This document shows positions 13,150-26,099 of a stretch of DNA of 64,000 nucleotides, piece after piece. Source of the stretch: Raillietiella orientalis (taxonomy: Eukaryota); NCBI GenBank assembly GCA_036172245.1, contig JAYWIR010000059.1, forward strand, positions 1 through 64,000. Direction: 5' to 3'. Below the pieces are notes generated by a model. The model was not told where the DNA came from. It saw only the letters and a list, made by a program, of their open reading frames with translations, and made no database searches. Position numbers and translations under genes: made by a program. The first letter of the stretch is position 1, and each line of letters begins with the position of its first letter.

Positions 13150-13850
13150 TTGCATTATGCAAAAACGATACAAGGTCAAGGCCCACAAGACTCCGGAAAT
13201 ATAGTGAGATCAGAGTAGTTCAGGTACCCGAATGACATCAATCAACATGTAAGAATTCATTCAAAGAAGCAATACGGTCCACAATAACCACAGAGCAATA
13301 GGGACCACAGTCTGAAAGTTCAATATGCCACAGGAAATTCAGGATGGCCACCTGATCGTAAAGGCTTTCTGTGCGGCATGAGATTTTATGGGATGGCAGA
13401 GGACTATAAGGATGAGTGAGATCTAAGTCAGAGCGCTGGAGAAGAAGGAAAACCTAACTCCGCATATTCACCTGCAAAACGCAAAACTGATTCGGTTTGG
13501 GAAGTGTAAAGCAATTCACTGGCTTGTAAAAGAAGATTAGAACAGAGATCCTTAGCGACCTTTTCGATGAGGAGGAATAATTCTTTATATAACCCGATGG
13601 TTTGGACAGCCACCGCCTTCTTCATCATGAGCATTGTGAGAAGATGGTTGACTCAGACAAAGAAATGCCTTCACAGCTCTGGAAATCTCACGGAACTATT
13701 GAGGATCAGAGGCATACGCAACTGTGAAAGGCTTCGACATGGACCCTTAAGTGTATCATGCAAAGGCTGCAAGGGATTGACCAACTGAAAAGGCACTCTA
13801 TCCTCTTATTCCTGCCTTATCTTCATCTCTGTCCTTTGGGTTCTTTTTTC
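13150..13850 (+). mobile_element. Highly decayed LINE ORF2 C-terminal/3' UTR fragment
   Basis: Broken zf-RVT-like pattern (FRMA...GEE..T*LRIFTCK...VW) followed by a pyrimidine-rich tail. Confidence 0.4.
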
Positions 13851-13869
13851 TTCTGTTTTCGCTGTGTTT

Positions 13870-14530
13870 TCCGTTGGATTTCACCAGGATTCCAGCCACT
13901 TCCTTACTTCAGGTGACACATTCGATTCGCGGATTATTCATCCATGCCGCAAGGCTCAATGTTCTACCAATAAGAGGAGCAGCAAAAAGATTACCAGCCG
14001 ATCGCCTATGCCGAAGATGCAACATTGGGATGGGATGAAACATTACCACACGTATTAAACCATTGCGTGATGCATTTCCCGATCTACATCTCTCGACAAA
14101 ATGCCATCGTGCTAAAACTGCAAGCAGTTGCCACAAAGGTAGGAGGATTCAAGCTCGTATCAGCGGACCAAAGGATACCTGGAGTGAACTTCTCGTTAAA
14201 ACCGGATCTGATTTTTGAGAAATTCGGAAAGTGGATCGTAGTGGACATACTTGTTCATTCGAAGGCAAGAAAAACGTGTTCACTGAGGCACGACAAAAGA
14301 AAGAGGAAAAATATGGAAATTGATCATTTAACCAGACTGGAAAAACAGCCATCATGCAGGTCTTGATCGTGGGAGCTTTAGAGTTGTGGGATCCCAAAAA
14401 TGATGCTTTGCTGTGACTACTAGGAATAAAAGAAAATTGCACCAAAAAGTTAAGAAAATTGGCCATATCCTGCTGCATCAGGGCAAACAGAGACATCTAC
14501 TGGATGCTCAAACTGGGGCATCCATCCGAC
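13870..14530 (+). mobile_element. Non-LTR retrotransposon fragment with restriction-like endonuclease (NeSL/Utopia-like), frameshifted
   Basis: Reads FIHAARLNVLP..DRLCRRC/ETLPHVLNHC..H..SRQNAIV..KPDLIF..IVVDI..FE..VLIVGALELWDPKND..NRDIY. This is a CCHC knuckle, an RHN-like motif and a PD..D REL motif in the order known for NeSL/Utopia elements. Confidence 0.85.
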
Positions 14531-16334
14531 GATGCAAGCGACCCCATCCAATACATAATGAAAGGTGGACAATCCAAGAGCCAGTTCATTGTGAACTGAA
14601 CAGCAGATCATCAATCATATAGGAAGAGCAGGCAGATCCAGCGAGGATGATTCTGCACATGTAACAATGATTAATTCAATAAACAAAGATCGAAATTTCA
14701 GAAAAAAGTCCAGGAAAGCCAGTCGAGGTCTTTTTTACGGACTCATATCAGTGCGACTTTCTTCCCACGGCGTTGTGCAGAAGTTCACCCCCGGCTTGCC
14801 CTCTATCCATAAGAGTCTTCTTTCTATTTCGAGTAGTTCTTTGTTTGAGTTTTTGCTTCATTTGACAGGCAGTCGCTCCGAAGATAATCTTGAGGAGCAG
14901 GACTCTGTTCCATGAGTTGGATTTTTCAGGACCCACCGACTGCACTTGCTCACTTTTCTGACCTTCCCCATCCTTCCAACACAATGTTACCACCGAGGCG
15001 TCTCCGATGTGTATTCCCAACCAGTTCATTGTGTTAAGCTCTCAGAATTCCTTCGCCGCTGTTAAGACGGTAATGTCCGGGATCGTGCATACATATACAT
15101 GTGTATATTTATCTTTTTTTCCCAATTGCCCTTTAATCCCTCCGTACTGAGCTCCGCACTTTCCTCAGCTACTAACCTGTATCAGCATTCCTTGACTCAC
15201 GCCCTAGGCATGTGGACGTTTTAAGTAGACGTCCCGTCGTGACAGCGGATTTGAAACCAGTTCGTGCTTGCGTCCAGGATGCAGATTGGACTCTACTAGG
15301 TGACTACCTTCGGCAGGATTTTCATTCTGCCCCTGTGGAACGAAGCCAAGGGTCTCCCATGACCTTTAGTGTAATTTGGTGAAACAGGTGCAAGTAGAAT
15401 CGCATGTGGCGCTAATAGGGCAAGATAGGTACACTGTCGGGTTCTGCCTCCACGCCCTTTGTTTTTAATTTATCAACATAATCGGTTTCTATATTAAGCA
15501 TAGCACTCTTAGCTGAGTTCTTACAAACTACAAACTACTTACAAGCTACAAAGGTAGGATTGATTTATTTTAGAAGATATCAGCATTCTTTCAGCCTTTG
15601 AGGATGAGGACCTTTGGATTTTTTTTCCAGTTTTTGAATTGCACTAAAAACGGTAAAGTGTCATGAAAAATGACTAAAGGGAAAATTATAGAACAGTTGA
15701 AAACTGGACTGAAGGGATGCCAAAAATGATGTTTGCGTATATGATGAAGCTCAGCTAAGTGCTGTATCAGAACTTTCATGCACCTCCCAAAGTTCTGCAG
15801 CATGCAACAGTAAATTGAATGCTCTGGTAGTGCCACATTATTTATTTAAATTAGACCCTAATGGTTTTCTTTGCTGTTGCATCGATATCTCTGTAACAAT
15901 TTTTTTTTGTTTCGTAGTGACAATTTTTTCATTTGTAATAAGCCCTAGACTTATCCGATAAAACCAAACACTGTGATTAATCAGTTGTTTGGTACGCACT
16001 GATTAAATAAAATTATGATTTCGTTATATTTCGCTTTTAAAATCCAAACAGTGCATTGCATAATGCATCATGCAATGGAAGGAAGCCTCTATAATAGGAG
16101 AAATGGTGACTATGTTCCAAAGTGTTCGCACCATAACATTCTTTATGAATACAAGCAATTCAACTGACCTGTTAGAATTACGTAAACTATACACTAATTT
16201 ACACAATCAACTCACTTCCAATTAGATTTAATGCCACAATAAAATGAAAGGAAGTTCGCTCTATTTGCTGTAAAATAGTGTAAACTTCCATTAACCATAA
16301 AATATCATAGTTCTGGATTTTAAAATGTATAGCT

Positions 16335-17076
16335 TCAATGATCAATGAGGGTTCCTTTGATGCGATTTCGTTTGCTGTCAAGATCAATATTTTCCTCAAA
16401 TATCCGTTTTTTCCCATGCCCTTTGCGTTCTAGCTGCTTCTCAATTATCCTTGCATTATTGGCATATGAATCTGCCACTTCACGTGCTTCAATCTCATCT
16501 TCTTCTTCATCAATGGTAGAGACGGTTACTGAACTGAATTTTCCCATGTTTTTGGTGTGTCTTGTGACCATTACACGTGTTGGCTGTTCTACTGCTACTT
16601 GTCTGAAAATGTCTGTCTTGATTGGTCCTTCACCTGACTTCACTAGAGCTTCTTTAACTATAAACAATATTCCACTGTTCACATCATGTTGATAGTATAG
16701 TCGTAGGCCACATCTGTACAACATTAGTAATTAGCACACTAACTAAATTGCTTTACTTTTTGCATTTCTTGCGAAACTGTTTCTCTATTCCATCTGGATG
16801 ACGGATGTATACTGTATCATCAGGATCGCAGGTGACCTTATGAATGTGTTTGGAACCATCAATAACACGTGCACCATCTCTCTTTCTCAATGGAAGTTTT
16901 TCCAAAGTACAATCTGCACCAAGTAAGCTAAAGAATATTTGACATAAACTCCTACCAAGAATCAAGGTCATCTGGCCACATAAGCAATAGAAGACATTGA
17001 GAGGTCTCTCTTCTGCATACTCTTCAGTATCTTTAGAATCTGAACAAACAACACTACGTGATACAATTTTAGGCAT
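16335..17076 (-). CDS. STEEP1: STING ER exit protein 1 (CXorf56/UPF0428 homolog); 3 coding exons
   Basis: [105 protein letters not shown] introns at 16955-16914 (42 nt, in frame) and 16756-16714 (43 nt). Confidence 0.96.
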
Positions 17077-17126
17077 CAAGCAGCCTATATCTGTACAACA
17101 ATTAATAAGTTATTTTGAACATCAAA

Positions 17127-18278
17127 TTACATATTCCCCTCATTCCCCTCCCACAGCTTGATGTCTGCAAGGCATCTTTCTGCTTCAATTTTGGAACTTA
17201 AGTCTTTATATTTCCCAGATAATTTTAAACCCTGAACACAGGCTTGCTTTGCTTGGTGTATTAAGCTCTGATGAAGGAAAGCCAATCCCAGATTTATCAA
17301 AAAAATAGGCAACTCTGGCATTTCTAAGATTTCTCCAATTTCCACTGCTCTGCTGAAGTAAGTTATAGCATCATCATATTGTTCCTGTAACTTGTACAGG
17401 GTTCCCAAATCATTGAACAGAACAGCTGTTTGTGGATGCTCTACACCTTGCACTTGTTCACATAAATCTTTTGCTTTGAGCAAATGTATCAAGGCCTCAT
17501 CATATTGGAAGAGCTTTATTAAATACTTGGCAGTCATGTGAAGAGCCATACCCCAAAGAAGCAATGCGTCTTTATTATTGTTTTCATCTTTTCCAACTGT
17601 TGCAAGTTTTTTTTCTTGTGTATTGAGACAAAATCTGAAGCCATGTTGAGCTTTTTCATGCTGCCCTAAATTGGCATAAATATCAGCTAATTTTAAACTA
17701 ATTTCTACGATACTATTATCGTCTGTTGGAATATTTAGTGAAATGGATTTTTGCAAGACATCCCGAAACAGTACTTCAGCTTTTTCATACTGCTTTAACT
17801 GATATGCAAGCTCTCCCATGAGGTCCAAGATATGGATTTCTGCATTTATTAGATGGTGTTTTTGGGCCAATTTCAAAGCCAAACGAAACTGCTGTTCGGC
17901 TTTTGCAAACTCATTTTTCTAAGGGGAAATAACAACTGACATTAAAAACAGATTTTTCAAATTAACAGTAATTTGATTACATAAATGGACACAATAAGAT
18001 TTACAAAATAATACTAAACATACCTGTTGGGCAAATAATGCCACTTTCACAATATTTGTTATTTTTGATTCATTGGACTCTTTTTTACCGATCAATGGCA
18101 ATAAAAAACTGCCAAGAAGCCAATTAAAATGTTTCTCTCTCGAAAATTTTGATAAAACGGCAAATACAAAATGGCTTTTTATGCATGAGTCCTTTCCAAT
18201 TTGACTGACTGCTTGCTGCAGTCTAGATATGTGTGTAATATGCACACAATTTCTGGATATCAGATGAAACCAAAACAT
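17127..18278 (-). CDS. TTC19: Tetratricopeptide repeat protein 19 homolog, mitochondrial; 2 coding exons, about 348 aa
   Basis: Exons 18278-18024 and 17918-17127, with a 105-nt GT-AG intron. Acid-poor N-terminal presequence, then TPR motifs KAEQQFRLALKLAQ, LMGELAY..YEKAEVLF, DNSIVEISLKLADIY..GFRFC, LLWGM and HPQTAVLFNDLGT. Confidence 0.9.
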
Positions 18279-21200
18279 GATGCTAAATGAACTGATAATG
18301 CTATGATATGCAGTTTATAACTAAAACAAACATCTGAAAAAGCACAGAGATGCCAAGTGTCTACTATATTCTCATGTATAAACAAATGATTATCTCAAAT
18401 AGAATGTGTGAAGATGGATATATTACAAGACTTCTAACAATTACACTTGCAGAAAACAAAACTTAGAATTCCAATTGTCACTGCTTGCAAAAAACTCAAC
18501 TACAACCCCTTCCGGCATTCATGCACCATCAGAAACCCCAATACGACAAATGCTGAAGTGTCTTGATGTTGTCTCAGAACACTGGTTTCAAAATTTCAAA
18601 CGGTGAGAACACAATGGGATGAAACAAACGCACGACAAAATAGCTGACAAACTGAAGCAGCCGTGACCACGCACTTTTGAGTTTTTTGTGATTCAATGAT
18701 TCCAAATTTTAAACAATTCATTCGCGAGTAGCATTCTGCCACAGTAAACTGTTCATAACAATTCCATTAAATTACCGCCTTACCACCGTAATTCGGACCG
18801 TATTGGTTGGTCATTTGCCCTTAGTTTTCGCTAAAAATTACCAGGACTTATAAAAGCAGGTACTCAAGACGCGATACAATTAATCCTATTCTGATATCAC
18901 TTGTAAACACACTGAAGTCCCTTTTGGAATAAAATTGGGAAAATCACGCTTTCAACGCATTCCGCAGGACTTCCATCAACCTGCGGAAAACGGACTGTGG
19001 ATGGGAAAAAAACTTATGTTGTTTACACAAGCAAGTTCCGGAAAATTCAACATGATCAACTGTGATCATCGGCTAAAGATAATCCTCTCGTTCGACAATT
19101 ATTGGTACAAGGGAAGCTGTATCACGGATTACGCTATTTGGATTAAAATGGTTCAGGACTACAAATCCTGAACCTACCAACACACACTCAAATGATAGCA
19201 ACTTTACTTTGGGGTTCAAAAGGAACGTAGTTTTACAAACCGTTTTTTTGTTTTTTTCACAAACATATAGGTTTATTCTGATAGAAAATTTCCAGCTATC
19301 GAACAGTTTTATAAAGAGCCTGGTGTCGCTATACCAGAGACCTTGCGTTTTTCAGAAAGCCTGCGGTTCGCTGTTTTGCTGGAGATGGAAGCAGCAGACG
19401 AAAGCAGCAGCAGAACACTCTTCTTGCCTTCACGCTACATTTGCGTTCTTGGACTTCCCTGGCTGGGACCCTGTTGCAGAAATCTCTTCTGCGAGTGGAC
19501 CTCTTCATTTTCGTTTACAGCGCATCTGCGTTTCTGTACCATTGAGCAAGTTCAAAATCAAATCTCCGTGCTTGGCAGGAAGAATGAGTGTTGTTATTAT
19601 TGAATAAGTGCTGATGTTGAGGATTTTCCGGTATTAAGGCAGTCTCTCCGATCACGCATTTGATCTGAATTTGGAACTCCAGTTGTCATGTATGATTCTT
19701 TAGAAAAGGTCCCCCTCCCCCCCCTTCAGAGGAATGCCTTTTATTGGATTTCAAAATCATCCATGCAATCAAATTCTTGAATACAAACTGCAGCTGCAAA
19801 GTTCATTAAGTGGAGTTCAGATAAGTACTTGAGCTTTGGTCTTAGAGGAGATTTCTGTTTTTTATCCTGTGCACATCTACATGATATTAGTAACGATAAA
19901 ATGAAAGGTTTCGAGCCTTTTTATTTACTAAACAACTTCCATCAAATGAATGTAGAAATACTTTAATCAGTTACGTCCATAAAAGACAAATGCACTGAAC
20001 ATTTTTTTACTATCATCACATTGAGTAACTAAGAAAATAACTCTGTCGTATATATTTGTATGTACTATAGCAAGTATTCCTAATCATGAAAAACATACAA
20101 AATACTGTGTGCCCTTCGTGACTAGAAATAGCTTTCTGGACCCTCTACTTCATATAATACGAAATTGACATAAGCATACAAAGCACCTCAAAGTATCACA
20201 ATAAATTTGAAATATTTATAATAATCGGGAGGCTAGCTGGTATGTATTAAAATATTGGAATCAAAATTATCATCCTGAATAAGGAAACACTAATGTGGAA
20301 CATTACAAAGATGCATTCTGCTCAGGAAGGCAACGAAAACAAAGAGCAAACAGAGGTAACGAAGAACAGATCTTTGAATACTGCGTTGTCCAACATTGCG
20401 ATATCGCATACAGAAATAGAAAAAAATTTTTCAAACAGAAAACGAGAGCATAAATAACCCATGCACTTATGTTTTATCACACCAGAATGTACAAATGCTT
20501 TCCGAATACATGCAACACATGTTAGGATGTAACCCACACATTGCTTGGGTATTAAAGGATGCAACCTTACTGAGAAGTAGCTTAACCGAGAAGTAATAAA
20601 ACGACGCAGCTTAGTGCACTTTATTCGAGGCTACATGAGTATGAGGTCATTTTGGTTTCCTTACCTGGCTAACAATCTAACAAAATACCTACAGGTGAGT
20701 AGGCATTCATGGGTAAGCACTTAAGCACTCTCTGCATGCACCAAACCCATGGGAATGTGCAGGAAATTTTTAATTTGGAGTTTGGAGAGTACAATTCGGA
20801 AAAGGGTCATGTTCTTTGGATATCTGTACTATTTGGGTATCTTGAGCTTCTGCGGCAAAGATCTATCCTCAGGAACAGCAGTCGCTTTCTGAACGAATTG
20901 GGTCGATGGAAAAAGAAGGAAAGAAAACCCTGCAGCAGAGGAATGGTACAATCACTTCCTCCGGAGAGTCTTGGCTGATGCCTTCTGTCTGTCTCATCCA
21001 CATCGTCATATACGATGTCATTTACAAATTCCAATAAGCGCATCCAAAGATTCGCCGATGACTCTTGCAGTCCTGCTTCCCTGTCGGATACAGAATTCGG
21101 TAAAGGGACCTTTCCTTATAGTGGGAAGAAATCATCTCTCCCCAGCAGGTGCAAAAAAGGGCACGCAGGAAGGATGAGGGAGAGTTCCAAGCAGCAAGGG

Positions 21201-21899
21201 TACTTCTCCTGCCTTTAGAAGGAGGTCTCTGTGGTCTACAGTGGGAGGGAAGCAGGACGGGATGCGCGGCTTCAGTCGGAAAGAAGAGGCACAGGCGACT
21301 TCCCTGAGTTGTTCTTGGTGCTAGCATCGAAGTGCAACTCACCCGACAGCGGTTGCATAAGGTTTCCGGAGCTCGGAGTGCGGGTTCTTAGTCATCCTCC
21401 CAGGAAGGAGTGAGTGGTGGGGACTCATCCGATGCATCAGCTCTTTTACCGCTGCATAGCTGGGTGTCCACCTAATCGCGAGCGATTGGAATGAGCGGTA
21501 CAACAAAAACAACATCTGCTGTCGCTAAGTGCTAATTCCCCTTGGAGCAGCTGCATGCGATCCAGTGGCCGGTTACCGAAAGGGAATGAGCAGGAAGGTC
21601 TCTGCAATCAGCTTCAGGTGGGCTGAACGCACTGCTGCAACCGAGACCGTCTCACGAGAAAGAAACCTGCCGTTGCAACCAAGGAAGTGGCTGAAGCAGA
21701 AGGAAAGGAATTGAAGGTCAGAAATCAGGAAGAGGGGAGGAAGGAGTGGATGTGCTCCGGGAAGCCGAGCCGTGAACGATGTGGACATTTGGAAGCCCCT
21801 TCAGAACATCAGTTCAGAGGATTTCCATCCGACTGGTCGCTTCGGGAGACGACTCCTCGTCAAGGCAGTGGTGAGAGACTTAAAGATCTGGGTGTGCTC

Positions 21900-24800
21900 G
21901 TCCGCCACACCTTTATCCGCAGCATGATCTCACTTTAGGGGAGGTTGCTAGCTGGCAGGGCGGGAGTTGCATCTTCACCAAGAAGTTCAGTATGGCCAGT
22001 GCTTTCCCCTCTTCTCCCTGTGGCACCACAGGCGATCTTAACTCTGCGTTTGTTTCCGGGATAGTTAGGTTGACGTCTACCAGCCCCGACTGTTCCAATA
22101 CCTGTTCTTTGCAATGGTTCTTTGGTTCGAGTCACCTCATGCCTTACCGTCATCACCCTCTGGCTGCATATATCTTAGAGCTTCTTCCCATCTTCCACAC
22201 CTTCCATCTGCGCCGTTCACGGCAGAACATGCCCTCATTGGTAGCTGGTTGATTGGCAGCATGAATAAGGGTCCATGCGTGTTCTACTCAGTCTCTTTTT
22301 CTGAGCAAAACATGTCCGTAGTCCGAAGGCAGAACATGTCCGTTGCGCAACGCAGGACATGGCCTTGTCGAGATCCAGGTGTGCCTTTGCAATAAGAGAT
22401 ATTCACACACCAGCGATGCGAAGTTTGCCATGGACATGCCCTGAGGTCCTCACAATTCTTCATGTAGATGAAGAATTGTGCGGACAAGGGCATGGTACCA
22501 AGCTCAAAGACCTTTGACTTAAAGGAGAGTCCATCACGGGTCTGGAGTAGGCGACGGTATCTTTTTCGTAGTGTCGGACGGAAAGGATCGGAAGGCCTTC
22601 ATGTCCATCGCTGTGCTGATGGGCACTGGACTGTGACTGGATATCGATCCCGACTAGTCAATTCTGCTATCCCTGGGGATCCTGAAGGTCACTACCCTAA
22701 TTTCTAACGAATTTAGGATAATCCACAACTTCAAGCACTCGGATGTAAGCATTGGCACTCCTCGTCGTCCTCGAACCAATGTATTGAAACCCTTAGGAAA
22801 ATCAGCGAGAAAAGTACCACGCACACAAGGTCGTACCTCAGCAAGAGGAGGGCCTCCGCTCTTGGCACCAGGCGTCACGGGTTCGAATCTTCGGAAAGAA
22901 TCGGCGCCGAGAGATAGGGTTGCGTCATGGGTTCGAGTTTCTCCTGCAAGATGACGCTGGTTGGCTTGCCTTTGGATGTGTCACTGGAAGCGGCTGAAAC
23001 AGAATGCCCCCGATGAGCGGCTGCGATTGGGAGTCGACCCTCCGTGTCCTTCCAGGAAACAGAATCAAGGAGTGGGTAGTTCCCCTCCAGTTGTGCAAAG
23101 AAGCCATCCCTCCCCCCTCTTGGATGGACCCTCCGTCTCGTATCTTCGAGCTGGTGGATTGATGATATCTCGCAGCGTGCCGCTCCCTTCGGAGCTTCCT
23201 TCTGTGAAATTTCGAAAGAGTCGCTTCAGGGTTCTCTTCAGAGGAGGGGAAAACCAGGAGCGATTCCTTTGAGAGTTCCCTCTGGAGAAGAAATTCCTAC
23301 TAACGGAACCTTTCCGAGTACCCTTTGGAAAAGAAAGATAATCTGGGGATCCCTCCGGAGAGAATAAGGAAGGAGATTTCTCTTCGAGGTTCCCTTCAGA
23401 GACAACCCGGCAAGGTGGAAAGTGACTTGCTGCATGGCAGCAAAGAAGAAACTTCTGAGGGCCTGAACAACTCGGAAAGTGACGGGGACGCTGCGACCCT
23501 AAGTGTCCCACCCCACCGACTTGTACGCTTGGGAGAGAGCTCGGCATCCCTCCGGAGGAGGGGGAGTGGACCCCAGCGTTCTAGAACAGTGGCACCCTTT
23601 TCCTCAAGTAGCAAGAGTTTGCATTTCTGGTGTTGCGTGGGGGAATCCCATTCAAAGCTCGTCTTCATCACTGGACACGGGGGAGCGTGGGCGCTCAATG
23701 AGACAGGTGCAGAAAGAAGGAGACCCTCTCGCACCTGCTGTTCTGTTCGACTGTGCTGCCCTCCGACCCCTTTGGGATCTCTTCGCGGAGACTCTAGGAA
23801 TCCTAGTGGGCGGCTCCAGGGACATTTGGAAACGCCACTTCGCGTGTGCCGCGATGCACCCACAACCACGTTCCTCGCGGTCTTCTGTGTTTTCGCGAGC
23901 TCATGGCGGCCTGGAAAGCCAGGAGAAGAGATCGAAACGGCAAGGACTCCATCCACTGGGCCCGGATCTTCCTGAGGACTGCCTCGAGATGATCCCACTT
24001 GGGCATGATACGAACGGGACTTGTCAGCATTTTGAACAGGATGCAGAGGGCGCCGGGAATCGTACTGTGATGGCTTCTCCGATCGCCCCCCTCTGTGTAT
24101 AGTTTTCCTTCCCCTGTTTTGTGTGTTTATTTATTTATTTTTTGTTTCCCCTTTCCCCGCGCTGCCGAAGCGGACCTCGCCGGTCTGCTTATCACTCTTC
24201 TGCAGGTTCATTGCAAGTTATAGAACGAAAGGTATTTTTATTACTTTAAGTGGTAAATGCCCCAGCGTAACCGGGTGATAATCATCCGGAATCAGAACTT
24301 TGGAACCGGGTCTTGGCAGCCAAGTTCCCGTTTGGTGCTGTCTTCTACCACGTACCCGATAAGGTGTCGGGTAACTGACCTGCTGGGGGGAGGAAGAATC
24401 CACACGTGAAAATCACATTTTTGCGTCGTCCACTCCCGAGTGTATGCAAGATCTCGCATGTAACACCGAGTCTTAAGACTACGACAACACTGGTTGTGAG
24501 GCACACCACTGGCTGAGTCATGAATAGCCGTACGTATGCCCACGGATCCTTCTCAAAGTTCATCAATGCCACTTATGGTGTGATATCAAACAGCACAATG
24601 GGACCGAGTGCAGCCAGTTTGGCTGAGGAAGCGACACCTTGCACGGCAAGAGCGACGTAGTTCCAAACTCCTGGGACATGAAGTATACCACTCTTCATTC
24701 GCATTCCATCAGCAACAGAGAAATGGCTGCGAATGTCTCGTGTCACCATCGGGAGTTGAGAGCATCTCTTACTAAGCAAAAGCGTCCACAAAGCGTGGTT

Positions 24801-25500
24801 GGGTGGCTTACAGGTCCAGGTGGCCTTGGCAAGCCCGAAACTCCGGATGGACACAAGTTAACCCCTGAGTCCGGGAAGATCATGTGAACCACTCCATAAG
24901 GACCGAAGAAGCCATTGAGGCAATGTGAACCGTGTATGGAATGCTGGTCCACAACTCATCTGCGATTGAAACCACTTTGGAGGTAGGACCTGCCTCCAGA
25001 GGCTTAAGATGACCTCGTAATGTGTCATCATGGAGGGATATTATGCGGCACGGGGATAAGTTATTTTCTAGGTGATCCAAATGCAGATCCGTGTCCAGTC
25101 TGTAGAACACTCAACAGCTGGTCCCGGGTCTTCATATTGTCCACGACTGGGAGATGTCAAGAGAACATTAAGGCGAGGATCTCCATCTTCTTCATTCGGA
25201 GCACCCCCATAAGGAGTGCCTAGCTCCAGAGGCACGTGCAGAGAGCATTCAGATGGACATCCTGATGAACTGCTCATGCAGGGAGCTGGTTTTCAGAGCC
25301 GTAGTAGGGTGCTGCCTGGACCCGCCACTACGCTCTGAACAAGATGCAGGAATTCGGTCGCCAATCTTTCTATCATCTCCCAAACAATTCTCAGATGTGC
25401 AGACCACAAATGTAGAGGCAACCAATGGAGAGCTAAACGTACGGTGAAGTGTCCAGTGCCTTGGAATCGCACCTGTGTCTTGCAGTTATCTGCTCGTGCC
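21900..25500 (-). mobile_element. Decayed LINE ORF1 (gag-like, zinc knuckle) remnants, interrupted by a plus-strand LINE 3' fragment
   Basis: Fragments such as LDHLENNLSPCRIISLHDDTLRG..IPYTVHI (24880-25110), DIRSHFSVADGMR..LHVPG (24650-24740) and NYPGNKRRVKIACG (about 22030-22070) resemble L1/Tx1 ORF1. Heavily broken. Confidence 0.4.
23600..24288 (+). mobile_element. LINE 3' end (zf-RVT plus 3' UTR), family A copy 1
   Basis: Broken ETLSHLL/FDCAALRPLWDLFAETL. Collinear with 32270-32998: shared ctggacacggg.gagcgtgggcgctcaatgagacaggtgc, and both end in taaccgggtgataatcatcc. Confidence 0.75.
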
Positions 25501-26099
25501 ATTGTTTGTTCTCTTCTCTTGTCTTGTTAACAAACTACCCATCGGCTCGTCAGACTAGAAAAATCTCTGCATCTCACTCGTAGAGAGGAGGGGTTCGATT
25601 TCTTTGAGTCACTCGAAGAGAAAAAATTCGGCTATCAGGTCGGCTGCGGCGCAAGACCGAAACAGCCGATGGGGGTGTTAGAATGCAAGGCAACCAAGGC
25701 ACCTTGCTAGGTAGGTGAATGAAAAAATTAATGAACAAATTAGGGAGGGAGGTGATTTGTGCACCGATTCGTCCGATTATTAGGGCCACAGAACTAAGAG
25801 CACTCACAGGGGTTCAGGAACATCCTGTCGTGAACACCCTGGTCTCTGTGAGTCAACAGCCTCGGTAGGGTCGAAACGAAAGGAGAGCATACCGCAAGAA
25901 CTGGCACTTCTCTTCGTCTCAAAAGAAGCCCCACACTTTAATGGCACACAGTAGGACCTCTGGGATCCAGCCAATGACGAGGCTCAGAGTGAACTGGAAA
26001 TTTGCAAGAAGCAGGCGGAGCACATCAAGAAAGGAATGATGTGCTTAAACGCATCGTTCCCATGACATAAATCAGAAGCCTAGACTGGGTCATCGTCCG

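Noticed and set aside
22860..22945. tRNA or SINE suggested by ggttcgaatc / ggttcgagt B-box-like words (also at 25592)
   Set aside because: No A box or cloverleaf; lies within LINE-like relics.
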